Made by a program: the position numbers and the translations under genes
The notes under the pieces: generated by a model
What the model was told of the DNA's origin: nothing
What the model saw: the letters and a program-made list of their open reading frames with translations, nothing else
Database searches by the model: none
Shown here: positions 10,219-18,794 of the stretch, piece by piece
Layout of the letters: each line of letters starts with the position of its first letter
Position numbering within the stretch: position 1 is the stretch's first letter
Source of the DNA: a virus
Length of the DNA stretch: 64,000 bases
IMG/VR virus record: IMGVR_UViG_3300032401_000001
Span: 1 to 64,000 of that record
Strand: one strand, 5' to 3'

Positions 10219-10690
10219 GGGTTCCAAGACCCACGATACCAACTCCGTAAAGAAGCCGCAATGGGCAGGCGAAGTTCATCTCGACAAGCCCGCCGGCGTT
10301 GCCGAAGTTGCACGGCTCCTCGAAGCGCGTACGTATCCGGTGTTGGTCGAATTCTGTGCTCGCGGTACGCGCTTTACGGTGTGCCTCTTCGACGAGACGC
10401 TGGCCTGTGAGGTCGGACACCCCGACTGTCCAGATGGTTACACGTTCGTCGGGCTGTGGACGATGGGCACCAGCTGGGGCGGCTTCTATGCGTTCGATCT
10501 CAGCGGCTACATCACGCCAAGCTACCTCATGGAGAAGCTGCACATGCACAACCCCACGGACGCGGCTAACCTGGCCGCGTTCCTCATGGCTCTCGGACAC
10601 GGTGATGGCGCCGTGGCCTACCTCACCGACCACGTGAAGCTTTACCCAGGGCGCGATTATCTCGATGATCGCACCCCCGAGGAGAAGTGA
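10217..10690 (+). CDS. Hypothetical protein
   Basis: 157 aa; its stop overlaps the ATG of the AAA gene (GTGACGATG). Start is uncertain. Confidence 0.6.
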   Translation: MGSKTHDTNSVKKPQWAGEVHLDKPAGVAEVARLLEARTYPVLVEFCARGTRFTVCLFDETLACEVGHPDCPDGYTFVGLWTMGTSWGGFYAFDLSGYITPSYLMEKLHMHNPTDAANLAAFLMALGHGDGAVAYLTDHVKLYPGRDYLDDRTPEEK

Positions 10691-12138
10691 CGATGGCCAA
10701 GAAGTCCGACGAAAACGCCGAGGAGACGTTCTACCGCAAGCTCGGCATCCCTCTCTTTGGTCTGCAGGCGGCCATGGCCGCCATCGACGCCAACCGCGAC
10801 ACTGGCAACGTCATCTGCCTGGTGGGCGAGAGTGGCATCGGCAAGAGCCACATCGTCCGGCAGGTGTTCGCACGGCGCCGGCCGCGCAAGCCGTTCACCT
10901 GGAAGAACAAGGAGTGGACGACTTCGGTGCCGTTGCTGGCGTTCTACCTCCAGCATCTCCAGCCGGAGGACATCGCCGTGCCGTATCCGTCGCAAGCCAA
11001 GCAGAGCGACCTGCTGCAGCGCGCGACCCAGATGCAGCAGCTCGCGTTGTTCGTGCGTACGCAGGGCGATCACGACGAGTTCAAGGAAATCGCTCGGAGT
11101 CTCGAGTCACAGGTGCTCGAGACGGCGCGGACGATCGCACACCTCGACGAGCGTACGCGGCGCAACGGCACCATGGAGTTCCTCATCAACCGCGAGTTGT
11201 TCGACCTGCCGCCGGAGTGCGGACTCTTCTTCGACGAGTACAACCGCGGCGAGAAGGGCACGGTGAAGACGTTCTTCACGCTGATGGAGGACGGGCAGGT
11301 TCACGGCGTCGAGGTCATCAAGGCGGGCACGCAGATCATCGCGGCGATGAACCCCTCCGACGGCGCCTACTCGGTCAACGAGGCCGAGAAGGACCCCGCC
11401 ATCAAGCGCCGGCTGTGCTTCGTCGCAGTCACCTGCAACGTCGCGGGGTGGCTGTCCTACGCCCGGGGCAAGTTCCACTCGCACGTTGTCGACTACATCC
11501 AGGACAACAACGTCGCGCTCTACGATCCGAAGCTGCGCCTGGCGGGGAAGGTCTATCCGTCGCCCGCCACCTGGGAAAAGGTCAGCAAGCTGCTGAGCGC
11601 TGCGGAGGAGTCCGGCATCCTCGAAAACAGCGGCAGTGGTAGCAGTGGCAGTGGCATCAGCGACGCGCTGCAAGCCTGCATCTGCGGGCACGTCGGCGAG
11701 GTCACGGGTTCGCAGTTCTGCGAGTACATGAAGAACCGTGCCGTAGTCATCGCCACTGCCGACGTGCTCGGCAAGTACAGCGAGAAGAGCACCGTGCGCA
11801 AGAAGGTGCTGAAGCTGGTCGAGGACGCGCGGCACGACGTTCTCGGCGAGCTGTGCTCCAACGTGGCCACGATGCTGCTCGGCACCAAGCCTGGGCCGAA
11901 GGACGTGGCCCCGAAGCTGGCGCTGTTCCTCGGTGACCTGCCGTCGGACCTCGCGGTCTCGTTCATCGCCAGCAAGCTGCGTGCGGCGCAGGAGGGCATC
12001 AGCGACGTCTCGTCCTACCTGTCGGAACTCAGCAAGGAGCTGGCGAAGCAGCAGAGCTACCAGCGCCATATCCGCGGTATCACTGACGCGCTCCAGCAGG
12101 CCCAGAAGGAAGGCGGCGGGCCGGACCCGCTGGCATAG
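10687..12138 (+). CDS. MoxR-like AAA+ ATPase
   Basis: Walker A GESGIGKS, Walker B FFDEYNR, IIAAMNP, Arg-finger region DPAIKRR. ORF-track start is GTG 10687; ATG 10693 is an alternative. Confidence 0.85.
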   Translation: MTMAKKSDENAEETFYRKLGIPLFGLQAAMAAIDANRDTGNVICLVGESGIGKSHIVRQVFARRRPRKPFTWKNKEWTTSVPLLAFYLQHLQPEDIAVPYPSQAKQSDLLQRATQMQQLALFVRTQGDHDEFKEIARSLESQVLETARTIAHLDERTRRNGTMEFLINRELFDLPPECGLFFDEYNRGEKGTVKTFFTLMEDGQVHGVEVIKAGTQIIAAMNPSDGAYSVNEAEKDPAIKRRLCFVAVTCNVAGWLSYARGKFHSHVVDYIQDNNVALYDPKLRLAGKVYPSPATWEKVSKLLSAAEESGILENSGSGSSGSGISDALQACICGHVGEVTGSQFCEYMKNRAVVIATADVLGKYSEKSTVRKKVLKLVEDARHDVLGELCSNVATMLLGTKPGPKDVAPKLALFLGDLPSDLAVSFIASKLRAAQEGISDVSSYLSELSKELAKQQSYQRHIRGITDALQQAQKEGGGPDPLA

Positions 12139-12140
12139 CC

Positions 12141-12326
12141 ATGGACATCCGTGTTGAGAACCTTGCCCCGGATACCGACGTGATCTTGCTGCACGTCGGC
12201 GACGAGTGGAAGGTCTACATCGAACGTGACGAGTTTAGCACCGTTCACGTCTGCGTCGAAGACCTGAAAGACGGCAGCGAAACCCGTCTCGTCTTGGGGC
12301 AGGCAGGCGAAACGCAGAAGCTCTAG
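12141..12326 (+). CDS. Small hypothetical protein
   Basis: 61 aa starting 2 nt after the AAA stop; protein-like composition. Confidence 0.55.
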   Translation: MDIRVENLAPDTDVILLHVGDEWKVYIERDEFSTVHVCVEDLKDGSETRLVLGQAGETQKL

Positions 12327-13096
12327 CGCAGCTTCGCCAGGTCGGCGCGGTAGCGCTTCAACATCTCCTCGACGTGCAGCTCGACGCTTGCGAGACGTCC
12401 TAGCTGCACGTCGAGGGCGGTCTCACCGAGGCTGCGCTCCTCGAGCGCTTGCCTCTTCAGCGTCTTCCAGGCGGCGTCCACCTCGGCGACCGTGAGCCCA
12501 CTGCCATTCTTGTTGAACCGGTCGAGCTCACGCTGGGCGAAGTGGAGCAGGTCCGGCGCCCGCACGTAGCCGGCGCGGTGAAGCACGGTGGCGGCGTACA
12601 ACACCGGCTCGCGATCGAACTCGGGTTCTTCGTCACCGAGGTCGCGGTAGATCATCTCGGCTTCGAAGACGCCCCAGGCCATCTGCGCTGGCGTGGCTTC
12701 CTGCAACGCTTCTGGCAGGCTGACGAGCCCGTTGAAAGCCAGGACGGTGTTCTCGAAGGCGTGGACCTCCCACCAGAAGGCCGGCACGATTCCGAGGGTG
12801 ATCCCCGCCAGGATCTTGTCTCGGTTGACCACTGGCAGATCGACGCCGAGACGGTCCAGCGTCAGCCAGAGCGTCTCGGGTTCCCAGGCCCGGAAGCCTT
12901 CACCGCAGAGCAGCTCGAATGCTTGGAGGCAACCGCTGGCTGATGCGCCGGCATCCGCCAGCAGTTGCGCCGCATCGCGCCGCTGGACGCTCGCCGCCGC
13001 CGCGGTAGGTTTCGCCGCCGCGGTCTTCGCTGAGCGGCGCGGCGTCTGGGCCACCGCCAGCAGCTGGGCTTCAACCTGCGCGAGGCTCAGTGCCAC
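12323..13096 (-). CDS. Putative virion (head-associated) protein
   Basis: 257 aa, coupled to the upstream - strand gene (1-nt gap), on the structural strand. Function is inferred. Confidence 0.55.
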   Translation of the reverse strand: MALSLAQVEAQLLAVAQTPRRSAKTAAAKPTAAAASVQRRDAAQLLADAGASASGCLQAFELLCGEGFRAWEPETLWLTLDRLGVDLPVVNRDKILAGITLGIVPAFWWEVHAFENTVLAFNGLVSLPEALQEATPAQMAWGVFEAEMIYRDLGDEEPEFDREPVLYAATVLHRAGYVRAPDLLHFAQRELDRFNKNGSGLTVAEVDAAWKTLKRQALEERSLGETALDVQLGRLASVELHVEEMLKRYRADLAKLR

Positions 13097-13097
13097 G

Positions 13098-14114
13098 TCA
13101 CGGCACCTGGTGCTTGAGGATCAGCTTCAGGTCCAGCGGCAGGGTGTGGAGCACCTGGCCGAGCTTGGTGTGATCGATGCGTCCGCTGCCGTCAGTGATG
13201 TCGCGCAGCAGATCCTTGCCGACCACGTCTTCCCAGAACGTCGAGGGCAGCGCCGCCAGCTTGCTGAGCGTGACTTCGCGGCCTGCCAGATCGACCATCG
13301 GCTCGGCGAGCTTCGTGGTGTTGAAGATCGTCTGCACCGCGTCGGGGAGCTTGCGGTCGTAGAGGCGATCGAGGCCGGCTTCTTTGTCGAGGCGGGCGAG
13401 GGCGTCGGCCGCGGCGACCAGCTGGTCACGGTCTTGGATGAACTCACCCTTGCCGCGGAAGGCGCTCGCCAGCTTGACGTAAGCCTGCTGGAACAGCGGT
13501 TCCTTGGTGGCCATGCGCCGCGCTTCGATGAGGTCGGCCGCGACCTTGGTGGTGCAGACCGTCATGCCGGCCATGCGGTGCGTCATCGGTTCGAGCCCGA
13601 CGTTCAGGTCTCGCGCGACCTTCACCAAGTTGGTGAAGCCTTCGGCGCGGTCCTCCATAGACAGCCGGTCGTACTGCTGGATCAGCAGCTTCTCGGCGAC
13701 CTTGACGTCCGCGGCAGTCTTGACGCGCAGCCGGTGGTGTTGTGGCAGCAGGTAGACGGCCGTCGTCTCAGCGGCCGCCGTCTTCACCTGCTCGGCAGCC
13801 TGCGCTTCCTGGCGCGCCTGGACCACGACTCCGCGCACGTTGTAGATGTCCTGGGCGCGCTCGAGTTCCGCATCGACCTCCGCCGGCACCGCCGCCGTCT
13901 TCTCCCGGTACAGCGACGAGAGGACGGTGTTCTCCGCCGAGTCGATGGGGAACAGCCGGCGCGCCGGCCAGGCGAAGGCCGTGTCGGGCAGGTCAGCCGC
14001 GTGGGCTGGGTCCAGCTCCGCGCTCTTGACGAAGGCGGCGGCCGTGGGCCGGGCCTGCAGTAGATGGTACAGCGTACCGTAGGCCGGGTCGTGGTACTGG
14101 TCGCGGATGTCCAT
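13098..14114 (-). CDS. Putative head morphogenesis/internal protein rich in K-x-A motifs
   Basis: LPDTAFAWPARRLFPI segment resembles motifs in phage head-associated proteins; about 10 K-x-A motifs. SD AGGAG spacing favours ATG 14114 over 14120. Confidence 0.55.
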   Translation of the reverse strand: MDIRDQYHDPAYGTLYHLLQARPTAAAFVKSAELDPAHAADLPDTAFAWPARRLFPIDSAENTVLSSLYREKTAAVPAEVDAELERAQDIYNVRGVVVQARQEAQAAEQVKTAAAETTAVYLLPQHHRLRVKTAADVKVAEKLLIQQYDRLSMEDRAEGFTNLVKVARDLNVGLEPMTHRMAGMTVCTTKVAADLIEARRMATKEPLFQQAYVKLASAFRGKGEFIQDRDQLVAAADALARLDKEAGLDRLYDRKLPDAVQTIFNTTKLAEPMVDLAGREVTLSKLAALPSTFWEDVVGKDLLRDITDGSGRIDHTKLGQVLHTLPLDLKLILKHQVP

Positions 14115-14179
14115 GGCCATCTCCTGCGGCTATTCTCCGGTAAATTCACGATGGGTGCAAGAGGGAACCAAGGCAACCG

Positions 14180-15508
14180 ATGAATACGACACTGGAACAG
14201 GCTTTCACCTACCTCCTGTCGAGCCAGGTGCGCGACTACTGCGCGCGGGTCGTGAGTGCGTTGCATCGCATCGCCGTGCCTGGACTGGGCACACTGGGCG
14301 TCGGCATCAGCCGTGAAGGGCGGCCCTGCCTCTACTACGACCCCGACTACATCAAGAAGATCTCGCTGGCCAAGTTGCGCCTCATTTGCCGGCACGAGCT
14401 CATCCACCTCATCTGTGACCACCTGACGCGCTACCTCAACCTGTTGAGCACCGTCACCAGCGACACGGAGAAGCGGCGCTTCCATGCGGTGATGAACATC
14501 GCCGCGGATTGTGCGGATAACGAGCTCATCCGCAGCGAGAAGGAGTTCGACAAGTCGACGGAAGCGAAGTGCTTCTATGGTACGCCGGGGTCGAAGGAAC
14601 CCGAGGACAGTCCCTTCCTCACCCCGGACCAGTTCAACCTGCCGCGCAACCAACCCTACGAGGTCTACCAGATCGCCCTGCTCAAGCGGGTGAGGGTCGT
14701 GCACGTCACCGGGGGCCTGGGTGTCGAAGGTCTCGAGCAGGCATTCAAGGATGCCGCGGGGGGATCCCACGATCGCTGGACCAGCGAACTCGATGGAGCT
14801 ACCTCAGAGGAGCTGCAGGGCCTCGCCGATCGGATGCAGCAAGAAGCGAAGAACGTGGTCGAGAAGGCGCTCGAGGAGCACAACCGCGACGCCAAGAACC
14901 GGGGCACGATTCCGTCGGGCATCGACGAGCTGCTGAAGAAGTACCTGGCTCGGCCGACCATTCCCTGGCCCTCCTTGCTGCGCACGTTGGTCATGCGCAC
15001 CCGGCAAACCAAGCTGGCGCGGGGCATGGCCCGTCCCAACCGCCGTATGTTCGGCATCCCGCACGTGCTGCCCTTCCCCGGCCGTGCCCGTGATCGCCGC
15101 TTCTCGATCTACTTCGCGCTGGACACCTCGGGTTCGATGGGCACCGCAGAGCTGGAACGGGGCATCGCTGAGCTCGTTAACATCGTTCGGATGGAGAGCG
15201 ACGTGGCGCTCAACGTCATCTACTGCGACGCCGATCTGCAGACGGTCTACGACGTGAAGTCCGAGTCGGACATCGATCTCACCATCAAGGGGCGCGGCGG
15301 TACTGACTTCAATCCTGTCTTTGAACACGTGCAGCGTCACCTGCAGGGCGACAAGGGCTGCGACGTCCTGGTCTACTGCACGGATGGCTACGCCCCGGCG
15401 CCGGAGCCGGAGAACCGGATCCCGATCCCGGTGATCTGGCTGTACACCCCGAACCACTCGGTGCCGTGCCCGGATTACGGCATCCATCTCGTCATGGAGG
15501 ACGTCTGA
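14180..15508 (+). CDS. VWA-domain protein with N-terminal metallopeptidase-like domain (DUF2201-type)
   Basis: HELIH (HExxH) motif; MIDAS ALDTSGSMG, GRGGTDF and VYCTDG. This is the typical partner of MoxR ATPases. Confidence 0.88.
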   Translation: MNTTLEQAFTYLLSSQVRDYCARVVSALHRIAVPGLGTLGVGISREGRPCLYYDPDYIKKISLAKLRLICRHELIHLICDHLTRYLNLLSTVTSDTEKRRFHAVMNIAADCADNELIRSEKEFDKSTEAKCFYGTPGSKEPEDSPFLTPDQFNLPRNQPYEVYQIALLKRVRVVHVTGGLGVEGLEQAFKDAAGGSHDRWTSELDGATSEELQGLADRMQQEAKNVVEKALEEHNRDAKNRGTIPSGIDELLKKYLARPTIPWPSLLRTLVMRTRQTKLARGMARPNRRMFGIPHVLPFPGRARDRRFSIYFALDTSGSMGTAELERGIAELVNIVRMESDVALNVIYCDADLQTVYDVKSESDIDLTIKGRGGTDFNPVFEHVQRHLQGDKGCDVLVYCTDGYAPAPEPENRIPIPVIWLYTPNHSVPCPDYGIHLVMEDV

Positions 15509-16185
15509 TGGAGACGATCTTCAAGCTCCGCGTCTTGAAGTCTCTGGTCAAGAAGTTCCCCTTCGACATCGTGTACTTCTTCAGTGAAGCCCAGCGCACC
15601 ATCATGCCGAAGATCTTCCCCTGGTCGCTGTGCGTCATCGTCACCGACGAGCTGTGGGAGAAGGTGAAGAACCTGCAGGTCCAGTGTCACGAGCTGCGCC
15701 CTCACGCGAGTCCGCGGCAGCCGACGGTGCAGGGACGCATCATCGAAGCCCTGGTGCCGCGCACCGCGGCGGTCTTCATGCTCATCCCGGTGTTGCCGCT
15801 CACTCGGCGCGGGCTCCACAAGCCGCGCCTGGAGGGTCAGGAACGACAACGGTTGGCGCCTTACCTCATGGCCCCGCAGCACGCCGATCTGCGCCTGCAG
15901 AACACCGGCAACGCGCAAGAAGAGATCAGCGCGCCGAAGCTGCAGTTCGAAGGTTTCCTCGACGACCAGACGGTGCTCTACACGCCGCGGGGACCAGTGC
16001 GTCCGGTCTGTCTGCTGTGCCCGCGGCACATGTTCCACCTGCAGAACCTCTGTCACCTCGGTGGCAAGCACTGCTACGACGAGCTGGCGCTGTGGCAACC
16101 GGCGCCGCCCACGGAGACCAAGGATGTCGAGCTACAAGAGGACCATCCTCACGACGCTGGAGCTACCTCCAGCCCTACGCCCTGA
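15508..16185 (+). CDS. Hypothetical protein with a C-terminal 4-Cys cluster
   Basis: TGATG coupling to the VWA gene; CLLC-x10-C-x6-C motif at 16009-16074. Confidence 0.75.
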   Translation: METIFKLRVLKSLVKKFPFDIVYFFSEAQRTIMPKIFPWSLCVIVTDELWEKVKNLQVQCHELRPHASPRQPTVQGRIIEALVPRTAAVFMLIPVLPLTRRGLHKPRLEGQERQRLAPYLMAPQHADLRLQNTGNAQEEISAPKLQFEGFLDDQTVLYTPRGPVRPVCLLCPRHMFHLQNLCHLGGKHCYDELALWQPAPPTETKDVELQEDHPHDAGATSSPTP

Positions 16186-17257
16186 AGTTCCCTACGTCAT
16201 CGATGACTACGCCCTCGCCCTCTACCTCGGGGTGCGCTGCAAGACGCTGTGGTACTGCGTCGATCAGAAGGCGCACCTCTACAAGCGGTTCACCATTCCC
16301 AAGTCCGACGGGCGCGTCCGCGTCATCTACAATCCGAAGGACCGCCTGAAGCACCTGCAGCGGCGCGTCGACCTGCGCATCTTGCGCACCCTGCCTGTGC
16401 TCGACTGTGTCGGGGCCTACGTCGAAGGCCGCTCGTGCCGCGACAGCGCGGCGCGGCACGCTGGGCACCAGGTCCGCATCGCCATGGACCTGAAGGACTT
16501 CTTCCCGTCGCACACGCGCGCGCAGATCCGCCACTTCTTCAAGCAGACGGTCGGCTACTCGCACTTCGTCAGTGGGTTGCTGGCCGACCTGTGCACGGTC
16601 CAGGAGCGCCGCGCTCCGTTCCGGGGAAAGCCGCCCCGGCACGAAGCCGAAGAGGTGAAGTACCGCCACTTCGTGCCACAGGGCTCACCGGCTTCGCCGA
16701 TGCTGTGCAACTTGGTAGCCCAGGAGCGTCTTGACCGACCCGTATTGGCGGCCCTGGCCGGCACCGGGTGGGTCTACACCCGGTACTCCGACGACCTGTC
16801 GATCTCACATCCGGAACCGCGTAGTCGGCAGCAAGTCGACGAACTCATCGAAACCCTGCGGCGGCTGATTCTCCAGGCCGGCTACCGCACCAACCCGAAG
16901 AAGCTGAAGATCCAGCGATGCTGGCGTCGTCAGCAGATGCTCGGCATGGTCGTGAACGAACACCCCAACATCCCGGCGGACGTCTACCGGCGCTACCGCG
17001 CCATCATCCACAACTGCTTGCTGCGCGGCTTCGAGGAGAACGCCGTGCGGTACGGCTTCGATCCCGTCGAAGCGTTCGCCGACCACCTGCGCGGCAAAGT
17101 CGCCTACTTCATGCAGGTGAACCCGGCGCGCGCGGTGCACCTCAAGACCGAGCTGGAGCAGGCGATGGCGCAGCACGCGGCAGCGGTAGCAGCAGCCGCG
17201 GCTGCGGGCATCGCGGAGGGTGCCCGGGAGGACATCGATGACGGCGCCGCTTTCTGA
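16124..17257 (+). CDS. Retron-type reverse transcriptase
   Basis: YKRFTIPKSDGRVRVIYNP, LKHLQR, GAYVEGRS, region-X-like SAARH, MDLKDFFPS, VPQGSPASP, catalytic YTRYSDD, NPKK, region-Y-like MLGMVVN, RAIIHNC. SD GGAG 7 nt before ATG 16124. Confidence 0.9.
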   Translation: MSSYKRTILTTLELPPALRPEVPYVIDDYALALYLGVRCKTLWYCVDQKAHLYKRFTIPKSDGRVRVIYNPKDRLKHLQRRVDLRILRTLPVLDCVGAYVEGRSCRDSAARHAGHQVRIAMDLKDFFPSHTRAQIRHFFKQTVGYSHFVSGLLADLCTVQERRAPFRGKPPRHEAEEVKYRHFVPQGSPASPMLCNLVAQERLDRPVLAALAGTGWVYTRYSDDLSISHPEPRSRQQVDELIETLRRLILQAGYRTNPKKLKIQRCWRRQQMLGMVVNEHPNIPADVYRRYRAIIHNCLLRGFEENAVRYGFDPVEAFADHLRGKVAYFMQVNPARAVHLKTELEQAMAQHAAAVAAAAAAGIAEGAREDIDDGAAF

Positions 17258-18794
17258 GGAGAAGGCGGAGCTGATTCACTACCCCCGCGTCTTTACCACC
17301 TGCCAGCACGGCTTGCTCTTCGTGGACCGGGTCACTGGTCTTACCGGAGAAGACGTCGTGACCCTGATGCTGTCCGACGAGCTGCGGCAGCGGATGGGAC
17401 CGGCGTTCCTGGCGGTGCGACTGCGACATAGCCAGCCGCGCTACGCCGACGCGTCAGGGCCAGTAAAAGCCCCGACGCAGTACGCGGTGCTCTTCACGAC
17501 GAATGCCGCGCACCACCGGAGGGCTGAGTCGCCCGCCGGGAAGGGTGACTTCGTTTACTTCCGCATCGGCGACGCCGTGGTGAGTGCTCCGGTCGGTATC
17601 TTGCAGGACACCTGTTGGATGCTCAACAAAGCTCTGGGCTGTGACGGGTGTTCGTTACGGGGCGCCGAGTGTCTGTGGACGAACCTACCGGAGCAAGTGC
17701 AGGTGATCCGTCGGGCACCTCTGTCGAATGAATTGCTGCCAGTTCTGCGTAACGACAACATGGTCTGGACCGGGGCGTTGCGAGATTCGCAATCGACATA
17801 CCGCCAGCAACTCGCGCTGCACACTAACCCCGACGTCGACGATCTGAAATCTTGGAAATCGACCGTCGGGGGCTTCCTCTACATCCCCGAAGGCCTGACG
17901 CACGAAGACCCGCTCTACCCAGGGAATGGTCGACGACGCCATGCCTTTGATCAACCGGGCAGCCACTACTTCAATGATCTCGAGGACGCGCGGGCGAAGC
18001 TCAGCGAACGCAGCCGCGCGTCAGCCAAGACCCGCAACTTCATTCGTCTGCAATGCAAGCTGTGCTACTTCGGGAGCAAATGGGGACCGTGTGGTAAGTA
18101 CCGTGCGCGGAACTGCAATCACGGTAGCTGGACGGAGACGGGACTGGTCAACTACACCCTCGAGTGTGCCCGGCGTCATCTGCACGAGAGCAAAACCTCA
18201 CTGACGCTGAATCAGATTTGGGCCATCGCGCACGTCTGTGGCATCTCCTTCGCGCACAAAGACGATCGCACCGGACGAATTGCTGAGTTCGTGGTGCAGC
18301 GTGTTGGTGGCGCCTACAGCGGAGGTACGGGACCACGCGAAGAGCATCCGGCTATCTTCGTCTCGCGTACTGCGCGCGATGCACGCCGTGAGTTGCCAGC
18401 CCTGCAGTTCCTATCCCTCAACCAGCTGAAGAAGTTCCTCCCGGACGTCATCCGCCAGAAGCTTGAAGCCATACCCCCGATGGCGACGGCGGAAGACCGC
18501 CGCCGACTAGCGTTGTGGTTGCACCTCTCAGTGACTTCCCACGGCAAGAGCTACTCGTTCTACTTCGAATCGAAGCATAGCGGTGGTTTCAGCTGGGCAC
18601 AGCCCAAGGTGGGGACGGTGCAGCTACACCTAGGACACGTGACGGTGCGCCTCTGGTTGGCGAAGTTCGAACGAGACCACGACTTCAGTACCTTCCAGAA
18701 GATCCTTGATCACCACGAACGGCTGCCGTACTTCGACATCGGTGCCGCGGAGGATGCACCGCAGGGGTTGCCGTTCCACGGGAACGTACGCTAG
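17238..18794 (+). CDS. Hypothetical protein with Cys clusters; candidate RT partner or effector
   Basis: ATG after GGAGG, overlapping the RT stop by 20 nt; CDGC and CKLC-x8-C-x7-C motifs. Confidence 0.75.
   Translation: MTAPLSEEKAELIHYPRVFTTCQHGLLFVDRVTGLTGEDVVTLMLSDELRQRMGPAFLAVRLRHSQPRYADASGPVKAPTQYAVLFTTNAAHHRRAESPAGKGDFVYFRIGDAVVSAPVGILQDTCWMLNKALGCDGCSLRGAECLWTNLPEQVQVIRRAPLSNELLPVLRNDNMVWTGALRDSQSTYRQQLALHTNPDVDDLKSWKSTVGGFLYIPEGLTHEDPLYPGNGRRRHAFDQPGSHYFNDLEDARAKLSERSRASAKTRNFIRLQCKLCYFGSKWGPCGKYRARNCNHGSWTETGLVNYTLECARRHLHESKTSLTLNQIWAIAHVCGISFAHKDDRTGRIAEFVVQRVGGAYSGGTGPREEHPAIFVSRTARDARRELPALQFLSLNQLKKFLPDVIRQKLEAIPPMATAEDRRRLALWLHLSVTSHGKSYSFYFESKHSGGFSWAQPKVGTVQLHLGHVTVRLWLAKFERDHDFSTFQKILDHHERLPYFDIGAAEDAPQGLPFHGNVR

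Noticed and set aside
11107-14063. Long opposite-strand ORFs 11107..12069 and 12693..14063
   Set aside because: Antisense shadows of the AAA ATPase and the head-like genes.
16124-17257. RT as a DGR or group II intron RT
   Set aside because: No TR/VR pair with A-specific mismatches was seen, there is no maturase/endonuclease domain or intron domain V, and the motifs are retron-like.
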